Both the position numbers and the translations under genes were made by a program. From NCBI GenBank assembly GCA_002811645.1, contig PDIP01000033.1, positions 182,556-246,555 of the forward strand: a stretch of 64,000 nucleotides of DNA, read 5' to 3'. The stretch is from Corallochytrium limacisporum Hawaii (Eukaryota > Protista > Pluriformea). Shown here piece after piece: positions 45,589-54,630 of this stretch. Below the pieces are notes generated by a model. It saw nothing but the letters and a program-made list of their open reading frames with translations. It made no database searches and was not told the origin of the DNA. Every line of letters starts with the position of its first letter. Position 1 is the first letter of the stretch.

Positions 45589-46425
45589 CTACTTCTCCAC
45601 AGCATTCTCGGCCTCAGATCTCTCGGTCGAGAAAATATCCGGCCCGTCGACAATCGCCTTGGGGCTCTCCGGTCGGGTTGGGTCTGCGGGACCTTCAGGC
45701 ATATCCCTTTCCAGGCTCGACAGCGGAGGTGATGGATGAATGGGCAGGACCGTCGTTTCCTCCGGATTTCGGTCTGTGGGCGCTGCTTGAGCACCAGCTT
45801 CGCTCTCCGGAGCAAGAGCAGGGCCTGTTGGGTGCTTGTTGACCCGTGCAGGGGAATGGAGATGAGGATGGGTTGGGGACGACACAGGTATGGCTGCGTA
45901 TACTTCATCCAGGCGCTTCTTCTCCTCTTTCTTCTCCTTAAACTCTGTTCTGAGGTCCTTCAATGTCTTCAACTGATCAGTGATCGTCTTATGTTTCTCT
46001 GGGCCACAGAAATCCTCCAATCGATTCTGCAGGTCGATGTGGTCAACGACCAATTGCATGTTCCAATGAGCCATGGCTTCGACGGTGATGCTACGATACC
46101 GGCCTATATTGCTCGGAGTTAGTTTCCCATTATACTGGCGACATCATCGTCATGTTACTCAATACTTGCCTTCATTTTCCATCATTTGCTTCTGCAGAGT
46201 CTCTGCCTGTTGTCGCAGAAGCTCCATCTGCCTGCGCAGATCCTCATACTTGGCCAAGAAGGCGGACGCCGTCCCTACTTCATCGATCTCCTACACGCAC
46301 AAAACGTCAGCATTCTGAGCATACATCCGTACTTCTCGTTCCCGGTTTGCGGTACTTACCCTACCGTGGCCTTTGATCGTACAGTCTTCAACTACGGGTT
46401 CTGCATTTACATCCATCATCATCAT
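45589..46425 (-). CDS. Hypothetical 233-aa coiled-coil protein, join(46360..46425,46170..46290,45589..46103)
   Basis: Two short introns join three exons in frame: MMMMDVNAEP...GHGR|EIDEVG...MENEG|RYRSITVEAMAHW... Confidence 0.8.
46104..46169 (-). other. GC-AG spliceosomal intron 2 (AAG|GCAAGT...ACTAAC...TAG, 66 nt)
   Basis: Otherwise-consensus GC donor, ACTAAC at 46118-46123, phase 1 join restores the frame. Confidence 0.75.
46291..46359 (-). other. Spliceosomal intron 1 (GTAAGT...GCTGAC...TAG, 69 nt)
   Basis: Canonical donor, branch motif near the 3' end, phase 0 join. Confidence 0.85.
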
Positions 46426-47671
46426 GTACTTCTATTTCTTGCAGAGTGGACCTTACATTATCTGTAACAACCATTTCATCTATCTGCCCTGAGAGATCCT
46501 CTGCCTTTTAAGCACCAACAGCGTCAAGGGTTCCTTATGCGAAGCCCGGTCACAGTACTTGAGACTCTCTGCCACTGCGGATGAGACCGCCGCACCAGAA
46601 AAGAGAACCCCATCCGCTAAGAGCAAATCCTTCGCGCGCATCTCCCTTGCCCCTATGCTTCCAACGAGAGACCCGCCCTCATACCCGAAGTACTACACTC
46701 TGTCACGACCAATCACCAGCCCTACTCAACCCCACGGGAAGAGTGGAGAGGGAATTTGACGAAGACGGTGGGTCCCGTCGATGCCCAGGCGACCGTGACA
46801 CACTGAGAAAGTCCCCCTTCTCCCCTCCGCACCCCGACCCGGGCACCCCGGGACCCCCCGGCCGGGGGTTTAATGCGAGAGTGAAGCACACGAGCGGTGG
46901 TGAGTTCCCCATTGAAACCCAATGGAAATTGAAAATTGACGGGGACCACTGTAAGCACGACTCATCTGGCCGTGTTGCCCCTTCTGACCGTCTCGGTTCT
47001 TTTCGCGCTCTGGGAAAGTTTTAAGCTCGACTTTCTGGGAACGCCTTCCCAAAAACTTGTTCAAGCTCTCTCTCTCTGCGGGGCCCCAACCCCGCTCGTT
47101 TGCTCAGTTATACCCAGCGATCGTACACAAACACCCAAAGAAAGTTGAATAAAAAAAAATATACGTGAAAATAGACCCCCAATCTCTCTCACTCCCGAAG
47201 AAAGAGCCCTTGCGTTTGTGCCGCAAGGGGCTCTCTGTGTCTTTGATACGTTCTTGTCCTTTTGGCCTCTCATGACTCCCGGGCTGGTCGAGAAAATACG
47301 CGGTTGGCATCGGCTGGGCCGACTAAATTGACCTAACGACCGTGTGCATTCCGAGCGCGCGGGACCAACTGACACTGGGGGAAAAAAGTTGAGAGGGCGA
47401 ACACCGCCCCCCCCCCCTCCCCCCGGGGGGAAGCCCGGGGGAGGTGGGTTGACTCACAATTGGCCAAGAGTTTTTGGCTGCGACTGCCACCCCTTCCCCC
47501 AAGAAGGCGAGCAGGGAAGCCCGCACGGTTGGGGGAGCTCGGCACTGTGGAAGTGCGCACCGGGCCCCCTTCTTCCACGAGACGTTCGCGAACTGGCCAA
47601 GGCGGGTTTCGGACCGAAGCACAGTGAACATTCTGTAGGGGGAGATAAGTGAGTTGATTGCTAAAGCGTAA

Positions 47672-47674
<3 letters not shown>

Positions 47675-47704
<30 letters not shown>
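47675..47704 (+). repeat. (TG)n microsatellite
   Basis: About 15 units. Similar tracts near 11466, 11550, 11594 and 14435. Confidence 0.9.
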
Positions 47705-47707
<3 letters not shown>

Positions 47708-48041
47708 GACGCTGTCGAAGTATCTTCGGATGATTGGTACTCACTGGATGAGTCTTGGTAAGTGCGTTTTTGAAACAAACGTGGGTAATGGGGTACAAGA
47801 ATGAAGAGACGTCGAAAGTACACATATGCATCGGCCTTTCGAATATAGCTAAAGCCAAACTGTACCTAGCGTGTTCAAACCTTGTATGCTCAGTATGGCA
47901 TAGATGCAACCAGGATCCCACGTTTAGCATAGAATCTAAGTAGAAGGTCGAGTACCTTCCGGTACAACACAAAAGCAAGGCATACTGGCACGCCTTGCTC
48001 CGATCGCGCAGGCGCGCTCACGGTCGCTGACCATCACTGGC

Positions 48042-48473
48042 ATGCCAGTTTTCCGACGCCACTGCAGCCGCAACAGAGGATCCAAGACACACACAGTAGT
48101 AGCGCAGTCGGAGACCTCAACCCAGGGCGCCAACCAGTCATATCTAATGACCAAATTTACGACATATCAAGGGAAGGTCTTCCAGTATGTCAAGGAGTAC
48201 GGGCCCACAGGCCTAGTCTTCCATGGCACGATCTTCGCTTCCACTTTCACATGTTTTTACTATCTCTCCAAGCACGGAATTGACGTGAAGGCCCGACTCA
48301 CGGAAGTGCTGGACAGGATTAAAATGGCCTACGTAGTAGAAGATCTGCACGAAGACATGGGAACTGCAGTTGTGGCCTACGGAGCAACTATTGCCACGGG
48401 TCCGCTGAGGACGGCACTCACCTTGTCAATGACTCCCATGCTCGTGCGCATTCGGAGGCGCTTGAAGTTCTAA
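48042..48473 (+). CDS. FAM210/DUF1279-like mitochondrial membrane protein
   Basis: KEYG.TGLVFH..I, FYYL...GIDV, GT.VVAY......GPLR.ALTL.MTP. The N-terminus may extend upstream. Confidence 0.8.
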   Translation: MPVFRRHCSRNRGSKTHTVVAQSETSTQGANQSYLMTKFTTYQGKVFQYVKEYGPTGLVFHGTIFASTFTCFYYLSKHGIDVKARLTEVLDRIKMAYVVEDLHEDMGTAVVAYGATIATGPLRTALTLSMTPMLVRIRRRLKF

Positions 48474-48972
48474 TATTTTACACTATAGACATCTTTGAAG
48501 CATCATGAAAGACCGATATTCATCTTTGTCCGTTTCTCATCACTTTGGTTTTCCTCGGGACTCGGTTCCTGGATCTCCGTCTGCATAGGTCCCACTCTTC
48601 CTCCCCACTCCGCCCTCCCCCGGGGGGGGGGGGCCAGGGTCCTAAGTGAGGTCCGCGAAAGGACTCGCGGTGTTTTGGCTTCTTTATTCTTAATGTCTGT
48701 TGATTGGCTTGGTAGATAACGGTCTTCTCTGAGCTTTGTAAAGTTAACATTAGGGTTCTTCTGTGTAAAATGTATAAAGTGAGTGAAACGAAGTGACTGA
48801 GAATCTCAGTCTAAGAGCACACACCAATCGTGTTTGTTGAGAAAGGGAGGACAAGTGTTGAGCAAAAACCTTCAGGCATCTAGCCAAAGGTGGATAGCTA
48901 TGTAATTCTGGTTCCAAGAGAACGTGACATATAGTAGTAAGCACGAAATCTGGCTTCCCAAAGCATTAGAAA

Positions 48973-49521
48973 ATGCCAAAACGTAAGGGTAGAAGGGGAA
49001 GGCCCGCTAAAGCATCCGCAGCCGCCAAGCTAGAAGTGCCCGCTCCGGTGGCAGCACTGCCCACCCGGCGCAGTGCGCGGGCACAGAAACGAGCTCTGGA
49101 AGAGATCTACGATGAACCTATTGAGGACAATGAGGTAGAAGATGTAGTAGACGACGATAACGTGGAAGAATTGGAGGACGACTTTGAAGAAGACGGAGAC
49201 GACGAGGACCAGGACGGCGGAGACGACACAGTCGGCAAGGACGGTAAAAAGGTCATCAACGCCAAGAAGGAGGAGGCACTGCGTCGTGAACGCATGCTTC
49301 GAGCCAAACAAACAGAGGAGAGCAAGGCCTTGACAGTAGCCAAACTGCTTAAGAAGGGCACTTCAGAACGACTGAAGAAGCAGGAAGATGCAATGGCCAA
49401 AGCAGGTATGCAGGATGAGAAAGCACGCCTGGACAAGATCCGTATCTGTTACAACTACGACGGGATCACTGTGACATTTCCGAAGCAACAGAGACCGGAA
49501 ATCACCACGGAACAACAATGA
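48973..49521 (+). CDS. INO80 complex subunit B / Ies2-like (PAPA-1 domain) with N-terminal AT-hook-like motif
   Basis: RRGRPAK, acidic tract, KKEEALRRERM...EESKALTVAKLLKK, IRI....DGITVTFP. Confidence 0.65.
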   Translation: MPKRKGRRGRPAKASAAAKLEVPAPVAALPTRRSARAQKRALEEIYDEPIEDNEVEDVVDDDNVEELEDDFEEDGDDEDQDGGDDTVGKDGKKVINAKKEEALRRERMLRAKQTEESKALTVAKLLKKGTSERLKKQEDAMAKAGMQDEKARLDKIRICYNYDGITVTFPKQQRPEITTEQQ

Positions 49522-50163
49522 GAATACATTGAATTGCAACAAACTCGTATACTCTGCACGTGCCATCTTCTGTTCTGAAAGTGACATGGAGCCACAATAG
49601 AGACGATGCCAACTAAATTAGTGGCCATGTAGTCTTCTCAAAGTGACGATCTGCGCGAAAGCGCACAGGAACCGCTCACCTTCAATCGGGCGGTCCAAGC
49701 GAGACAAACTGCGCTGTTGCCATCCGCGGCGAGGAAAGCCCCCTTCAACGGGAGTCTATTTTGTGCCATGCAAATCCCGCCGTGCCTTTCGTCTTTTGTG
49801 TGTGTTGTCTTTGTGTCCAAAAAGCCACTTTCGAAAAAAGTGAGCGAACCGAAGAGGAGTTGATTTCAACTCTGATGCGCATCGGGGTAGGCCGGAGCAA
49901 CACGCCTGGTATCGGAAATACCAGTCAGCAACAGTAATCACACGTTTGGTTGGGACAGGATAGACTGGCGGGTGCGGACGGTAGATCACCGGGTCTCTTG
50001 TTCGAAACATTCTCCAATGCGTGTGATTATTCTGTTGTGTAGATGAGTGTTACAGGAACTGGTAGTTATTAGAGCTTTCCTGCTGGACAGACTATCTTCT
50101 GTGCGTCGAAATAAGTATAGTAATAGATCCTGGGAGTTTGTTTACCACAGATTTCATTAGACA

Positions 50164-50817
50164 ATGACTCGCGCCGCCTCCCTCGCCTCAAAGATCGTAG
50201 CCATCGGTCGCAACTACGCAGCACACGCGAAGGAGCTTGGCAACACGGTGCCCAAGGAACCAATTATCTTCTTGAAACCTAGCAGCAGTTTCCTGTTCAA
50301 GTCGGAAGGCAAGATCCAGTTGCCCCCGAAGTCAACCGAAGTCCACCACGAAGCCGAACTCGCTGTAGTCATCAGCAAGACCTGCAGCAAGCTCACTGAC
50401 AAGAGCAAGGCACTGGATTACGTCAAGGGCTACACCATCGCTCTGGACATCACTGAACGCCAGCTGCAGAACGAAGCTCGCAAGGGAGGAGAACCGTGGA
50501 CGTTGGCGAAAGGCTACGATACGTTCTGTCCGATCGGAGATCTTATTGCCAAGGACCAGGTCCAGACCGTGATTGATAGTGCCGGGGGGCTGAGGGTCTG
50601 GTGTAAAGTCAACGGGAAGATAACCCAGGACGGCACGACCAAGGACATGGTCTACGACGTGCCAGCTCTGATTCAATACGTAAGCCACGTTATGACCTTG
50701 TATGAAGGCGATATTATCCTGACTGGAACCCCTGAAGGCGTCGGACCAATTCGTGCTGGCGACAAGATCAGCGCAGGAATTGCGGATATTGAGGAGATTG
50801 AGTTTGATGTCGAGTAA
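50164..50817 (+). CDS. FAHD1: Fumarylacetoacetate hydrolase domain protein 1 (acylpyruvase/oxaloacetate tautomerase)
   Basis: KIVAIGRNYAAHAKELGN, FLKPSSS, HHEAEL, PWTLAKGYDTF, GDIILTGTPEGVG. Confidence 0.96.
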   Translation: MTRAASLASKIVAIGRNYAAHAKELGNTVPKEPIIFLKPSSSFLFKSEGKIQLPPKSTEVHHEAELAVVISKTCSKLTDKSKALDYVKGYTIALDITERQLQNEARKGGEPWTLAKGYDTFCPIGDLIAKDQVQTVIDSAGGLRVWCKVNGKITQDGTTKDMVYDVPALIQYVSHVMTLYEGDIILTGTPEGVGPIRAGDKISAGIADIEEIEFDVE

Positions 50818-50908
50818 ACTTTCAGAGACACGTACAAACACTTAGAAAAGGTGTACCTGTGGTCTATGCAAGGCTCAACAACTAGCGAGTGCATTAGAAA
50901 ACTTGTCA

Positions 50909-51757
50909 ATGATGAATTCATCACCAAAGAAGTTGGTACAATTGCCTCCAAGGTTGAGTCGATGGTACCACGAAGTATGTGGCAGATCCTGGTATGAAAT
51001 TGCGGACAGTGACGTAAACCAGCTGGAGCAGCCATCGCGTCGGCTACAAAGATCAGCCGCAACAGCGTCCCATTTCCAGCGCAGAAGTTCTGACGAAGAC
51101 GAAGACGATCATGCCGCTGATGTGGACAATGTTGTCCGCTATGACCGCTGTTATTGTCCTTTGTGCGGTGATATACTGGACGATACCAACGACTGCACTT
51201 CGGAACCGAATCCATTCCGAAACCCAATCGGCGAAGGAAGCTCCTTGCTGCTGTGCGCTACGAATGGTAAGCCACAGGATCTGACCCCAACCTCCGGTCT
51301 GCTGCACATTGGCATCACCGATGGTGCAGGGGCACACTGCTGGAGCTACGATGCAAAGGGTATCGCCGCGGACAGCATCACAGAGCCCAACTCGCGCTGG
51401 CAGCAATCGGTGGTGATGCCGCTGGTATTCCTCCGGGATGACATTGGTGCATTCATCAATCGACGGGACATCCACGACAAGCTCTTCGCAAGGTTCGCAC
51501 CAAAGCCTGTCTATGACGAGCATCGGTGGAATTGCCTGGATTTCGTTGCTGAGTGCCTTGGGCAGGTGGGCTATGAGAGCCGGGAGGAGTACGACCGATC
51601 CGCCGTGGTCGAATTGATTGCTGGCGAGGTAAACGGTGCTCTGCAGTATGTTCAAACATGCCGGGATCTGTTGGTCAATGGAGCCCCGTTTGTGGAGTCC
51701 TGGGAAGGATCTTGCGATCCCTTGGGTGCATACGCAGAGTGGTTTTCGGAGAAGTGA
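50909..51757 (+). CDS. MKRN2OS-like (DUF4796) protein, permuted papain-like His...Asn-Cys
   Basis: CPLC, PNPF.N, LHIGITD, SYD.KGI, WQQSV.MPL, YDEHRWNCLDF. Confidence 0.75.
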   Translation: MMNSSPKKLVQLPPRLSRWYHEVCGRSWYEIADSDVNQLEQPSRRLQRSAATASHFQRRSSDEDEDDHAADVDNVVRYDRCYCPLCGDILDDTNDCTSEPNPFRNPIGEGSSLLLCATNGKPQDLTPTSGLLHIGITDGAGAHCWSYDAKGIAADSITEPNSRWQQSVVMPLVFLRDDIGAFINRRDIHDKLFARFAPKPVYDEHRWNCLDFVAECLGQVGYESREEYDRSAVVELIAGEVNGALQYVQTCRDLLVNGAPFVESWEGSCDPLGAYAEWFSEK

Positions 51758-51904
51758 GATACCTGTAAATGATTTGGATTCAATACACGTCACTAGAATG
51801 TTTCTTATAGTTTACGTATTCGAAGACTCACAAGTTATAGTTATTCTAACAACAACTATCTGATTTCATTAATACACAAGTAAGACGGGGGTATTCTGAG
51901 CACT

Positions 51905-53566
51905 TTAGGGAGTGCAACGGTGCAGGAAGCGTGGGTACATGCAGACGTCGCGAATGTGGTGTCGTCCACACAACCAGGTCAACACACGCTCCAAACCTAA
52001 TCCATAGCCACCGTGAGGGCTCGATCCAAACTTGCGCTGATCGGTGTACCAGTAGTACGGTGTAGGATCAATGTCCTCGCGCTTGTAGCCTTCCATGAGC
52101 ATGTCATAGTCGAACATACGCATAGATCCACCGACAATTTCACCGACGGTTGGGATCAATACATCAACTGACTCGGTCAGGCGGGGGTCCTCCTTGTCAA
52201 TCTCCATGTAGAATGATTTGATCTCCTTCGGGAAGCGGTTCAGCAGGATAGGCTCTCCGATAGTATCGGTCATGTGACGTTCCGGGGCCTCGGGAATGTC
52301 CTCTCCGAACTCGTAGAAAGTACTATCCTCCTTCTTGTAGCCGTTCTCACGGAGCCATTCGATGGCCTCTGTGTAGCGCATCCGGCGGAAGGGCTTCTGT
52401 GGCGGCTTGAAGTCCGGGTTGAGCTCCTTGATGTAGGTGGCAGCAGGCTCCATCTTCATCACGCGGTCGACTGTGTCGGTCAACAGGTGTTCCAAACGGT
52501 CCATCAGCTCTTCAAAGGTAATAAATGGGCACTCGGCCTCAATGTGTGTGTACTCAGCCAGATGGCGACGTGTACGGCTCTGTTCAGCACGGTAGCTCTG
52601 CGCCACGCAGAAGACATCACCGAGAGAAGGAATTACGGTCTCTAGGTAGAGCTGGGAACTCTGCGTGAGATAAGCCTCCTCTCCGAAGAAATCAAACTTG
52701 AAGAGTGTGCCTCCACCCTCGCATTGGGTTTGGACCAAAGTTGGGGGCGTGACTTCGACATACGATTCCGCCTGGAAGTGGTCACGGACGGCCTTCATTA
52801 AGCTGTCGCGCACCATCAAAATCTTGGTGGTGGTCTCGCCACGAATGACCAAGTGGCGTTGGTCCAGCATGACATCGACGTGAGAGTGCTCGTTCACGAC
52901 ACCCTCAGCACCGCCAGGGGGTGCGTTGGCAATAATCTCCCAGTAATCAGCAATCAGCTCGTGGCCACCCGGTGCAGACTTGCCTTCAGGCACCTGCTTG
53001 ATGGTACCACGCACCATTACAGTGGCCTCAGTCTGTACAATAAACGCATCGTAGCACTTAGCCAGGTTGTCGTTCAGCACGGTCTGCAGGTAGCCGGTGC
53101 CATCACGCAGCACCAGGAAGAGCAGGTTTTTGCCCTGACGACGCATACGGTGGATCCAAGCACGGACCTCGACGCGCTTCCCGCGGTGACCCTCCAATGT
53201 CCTGATCTTCACGAAAGGAGCTTTGGGTAAGGAAGCGTCCTCGACCTTCTCGATCTTTTTGGCCTCCTCTAGCATGGCAGCCTCATTGGCAGCATCCTCC
53301 TGCTCCTTCTTTGCAGCCTTCTCCCGCTTTTTAAGTTCAGATTTGTAGAACTTGTCCGCCTTCTTCAGCGCCGACTTAGCAGCAGGCACCCACTTGTCGC
53401 CTCCCTCTTCCTTGTTCTCAACTAGGAAGGTGGGCATGGTCTCGGCACCGTGGAAACGCAGCATGGCACCCGAGATCGTCGCAAATGGCTTTGTCTCGGT
53501 ACCGTCGGCCGTGTCATCGTTGCCACCGTCGGACACATAGCATTCCTTAAGTGTAAGCTTCTCCAT
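51905..53566 (-). CDS. NARS1: Cytoplasmic asparagine-tRNA ligase
   Basis: RRQGKNLLFLVLRDGTGYLQ, QTQCEGG.TLF, AYLTQSSQLYLE, RAEQSRTRRHLAEYTH, YYWYTDQRKFG..PHGGYGLGLER. Confidence 0.98.
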   Translation of the reverse strand: MEKLTLKECYVSDGGNDDTADGTETKPFATISGAMLRFHGAETMPTFLVENKEEGGDKWVPAAKSALKKADKFYKSELKKREKAAKKEQEDAANEAAMLEEAKKIEKVEDASLPKAPFVKIRTLEGHRGKRVEVRAWIHRMRRQGKNLLFLVLRDGTGYLQTVLNDNLAKCYDAFIVQTEATVMVRGTIKQVPEGKSAPGGHELIADYWEIIANAPPGGAEGVVNEHSHVDVMLDQRHLVIRGETTTKILMVRDSLMKAVRDHFQAESYVEVTPPTLVQTQCEGGGTLFKFDFFGEEAYLTQSSQLYLETVIPSLGDVFCVAQSYRAEQSRTRRHLAEYTHIEAECPFITFEELMDRLEHLLTDTVDRVMKMEPAATYIKELNPDFKPPQKPFRRMRYTEAIEWLRENGYKKEDSTFYEFGEDIPEAPERHMTDTIGEPILLNRFPKEIKSFYMEIDKEDPRLTESVDVLIPTVGEIVGGSMRMFDYDMLMEGYKREDIDPTPYYWYTDQRKFGSSPHGGYGLGLERVLTWLCGRHHIRDVCMYPRFLHRCTP

Positions 53567-54630
53567 CCTTCTTTCTTGTCTTTCTCGCCCTCCCGGATTA
53601 AGGATACTTTTGCTGACGTGACCTTGATTCGAAAGGTCGTATTGTCAGCATAGACGTAGTGCTTCACACCATTTTTCACCTGGCGAAACATCATTGTCAC
53701 ATCCACAAATAGCTTCTCCTCTTTTCTTCCATCTAGGTCCCCAAATCTGGGCACCATCGGACAACCATCGGTCGTGACATCGACTTCGGTGGTCGTCTTG
53801 CAGATTGTTTCCCAGAGTGTCTGACCTCTGCCGCTTCCATGGGGGCCGGCGGGCATCGCGTGCTTCGCCTCCGGGGCAGGGGAGAGCGAGCACACAGCGC
53901 AAGGAGAGCAGAAGCCCCACCGCCCGGCCAAAACGCCCTGGCCCCGGCCCCCCCCCCCCGGTTCTTCGGCTGGAATTTGGTGCCTGGCTTTTGCCCCGGA
54001 TTCACATGGGCCGCAGAAAAACTAACAGGCGAGAGAGACAGAGACAGAGAGACCCCCCAGTCTTGGCCCCCTTTTTCTTGCTTTACGCAGCCTTCGATCC
54101 TGGCGCCGAAAAACAAAGAAAACAAAAAAAAAAAGAAAAGAAAAGAAGGCAAGGAGAAAAAGGGAAAAACACGAGGGAACGACCGGCCTCTCTAGCGGGA
54201 AGGCACGGGAGGCGGAGGGGCCCCGGGAAGGGAAGGGCGGCGCCACAGAGAGAGAGAGAGAGAGAGGGGCCAGAGAGCGAGCGGAGGGAGGGAGCCACTG
54301 CCGTCTGGACTGTTGGGAGTTGTCGATGGACCGATTGAGATGAATCGAGGCCCTCGCAAGACGGCACAGCTTTTCGTGTCGAGCTGTATGGACGAGAGCA
54401 AAGACTGTGTAAAGGTGTTTAGGTAACCGATAACAATTATTGATCGAAGGAAACCGTGACCCTTGCCTACGGTATGTGTATGTGAAAGACTCTCGCCGTA
54501 AAGTGATCAGGTTCGAATAGCACACATAACAACGAACTGTGATGAGAAATCATACGACCAGAAAGTCAAGGAATCACTGAGATATAGGATTGCTGTGTAG
54601 TGGGGAGGAAGCAAATACCAAGAGACGACC

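Noticed and set aside
53567-53760. Upstream ORF or intron extending NARS1
   Set aside because: The candidate GTGAAA...GCTGAC...AG splices do not put the upstream ATGs in frame with NARS1.
54539-54581. C/D box snoRNA-like GTGATGA...CTGA upstream of XRN1
   Set aside because: Too short (about 43 nt), with no terminal stem or recognisable guide.
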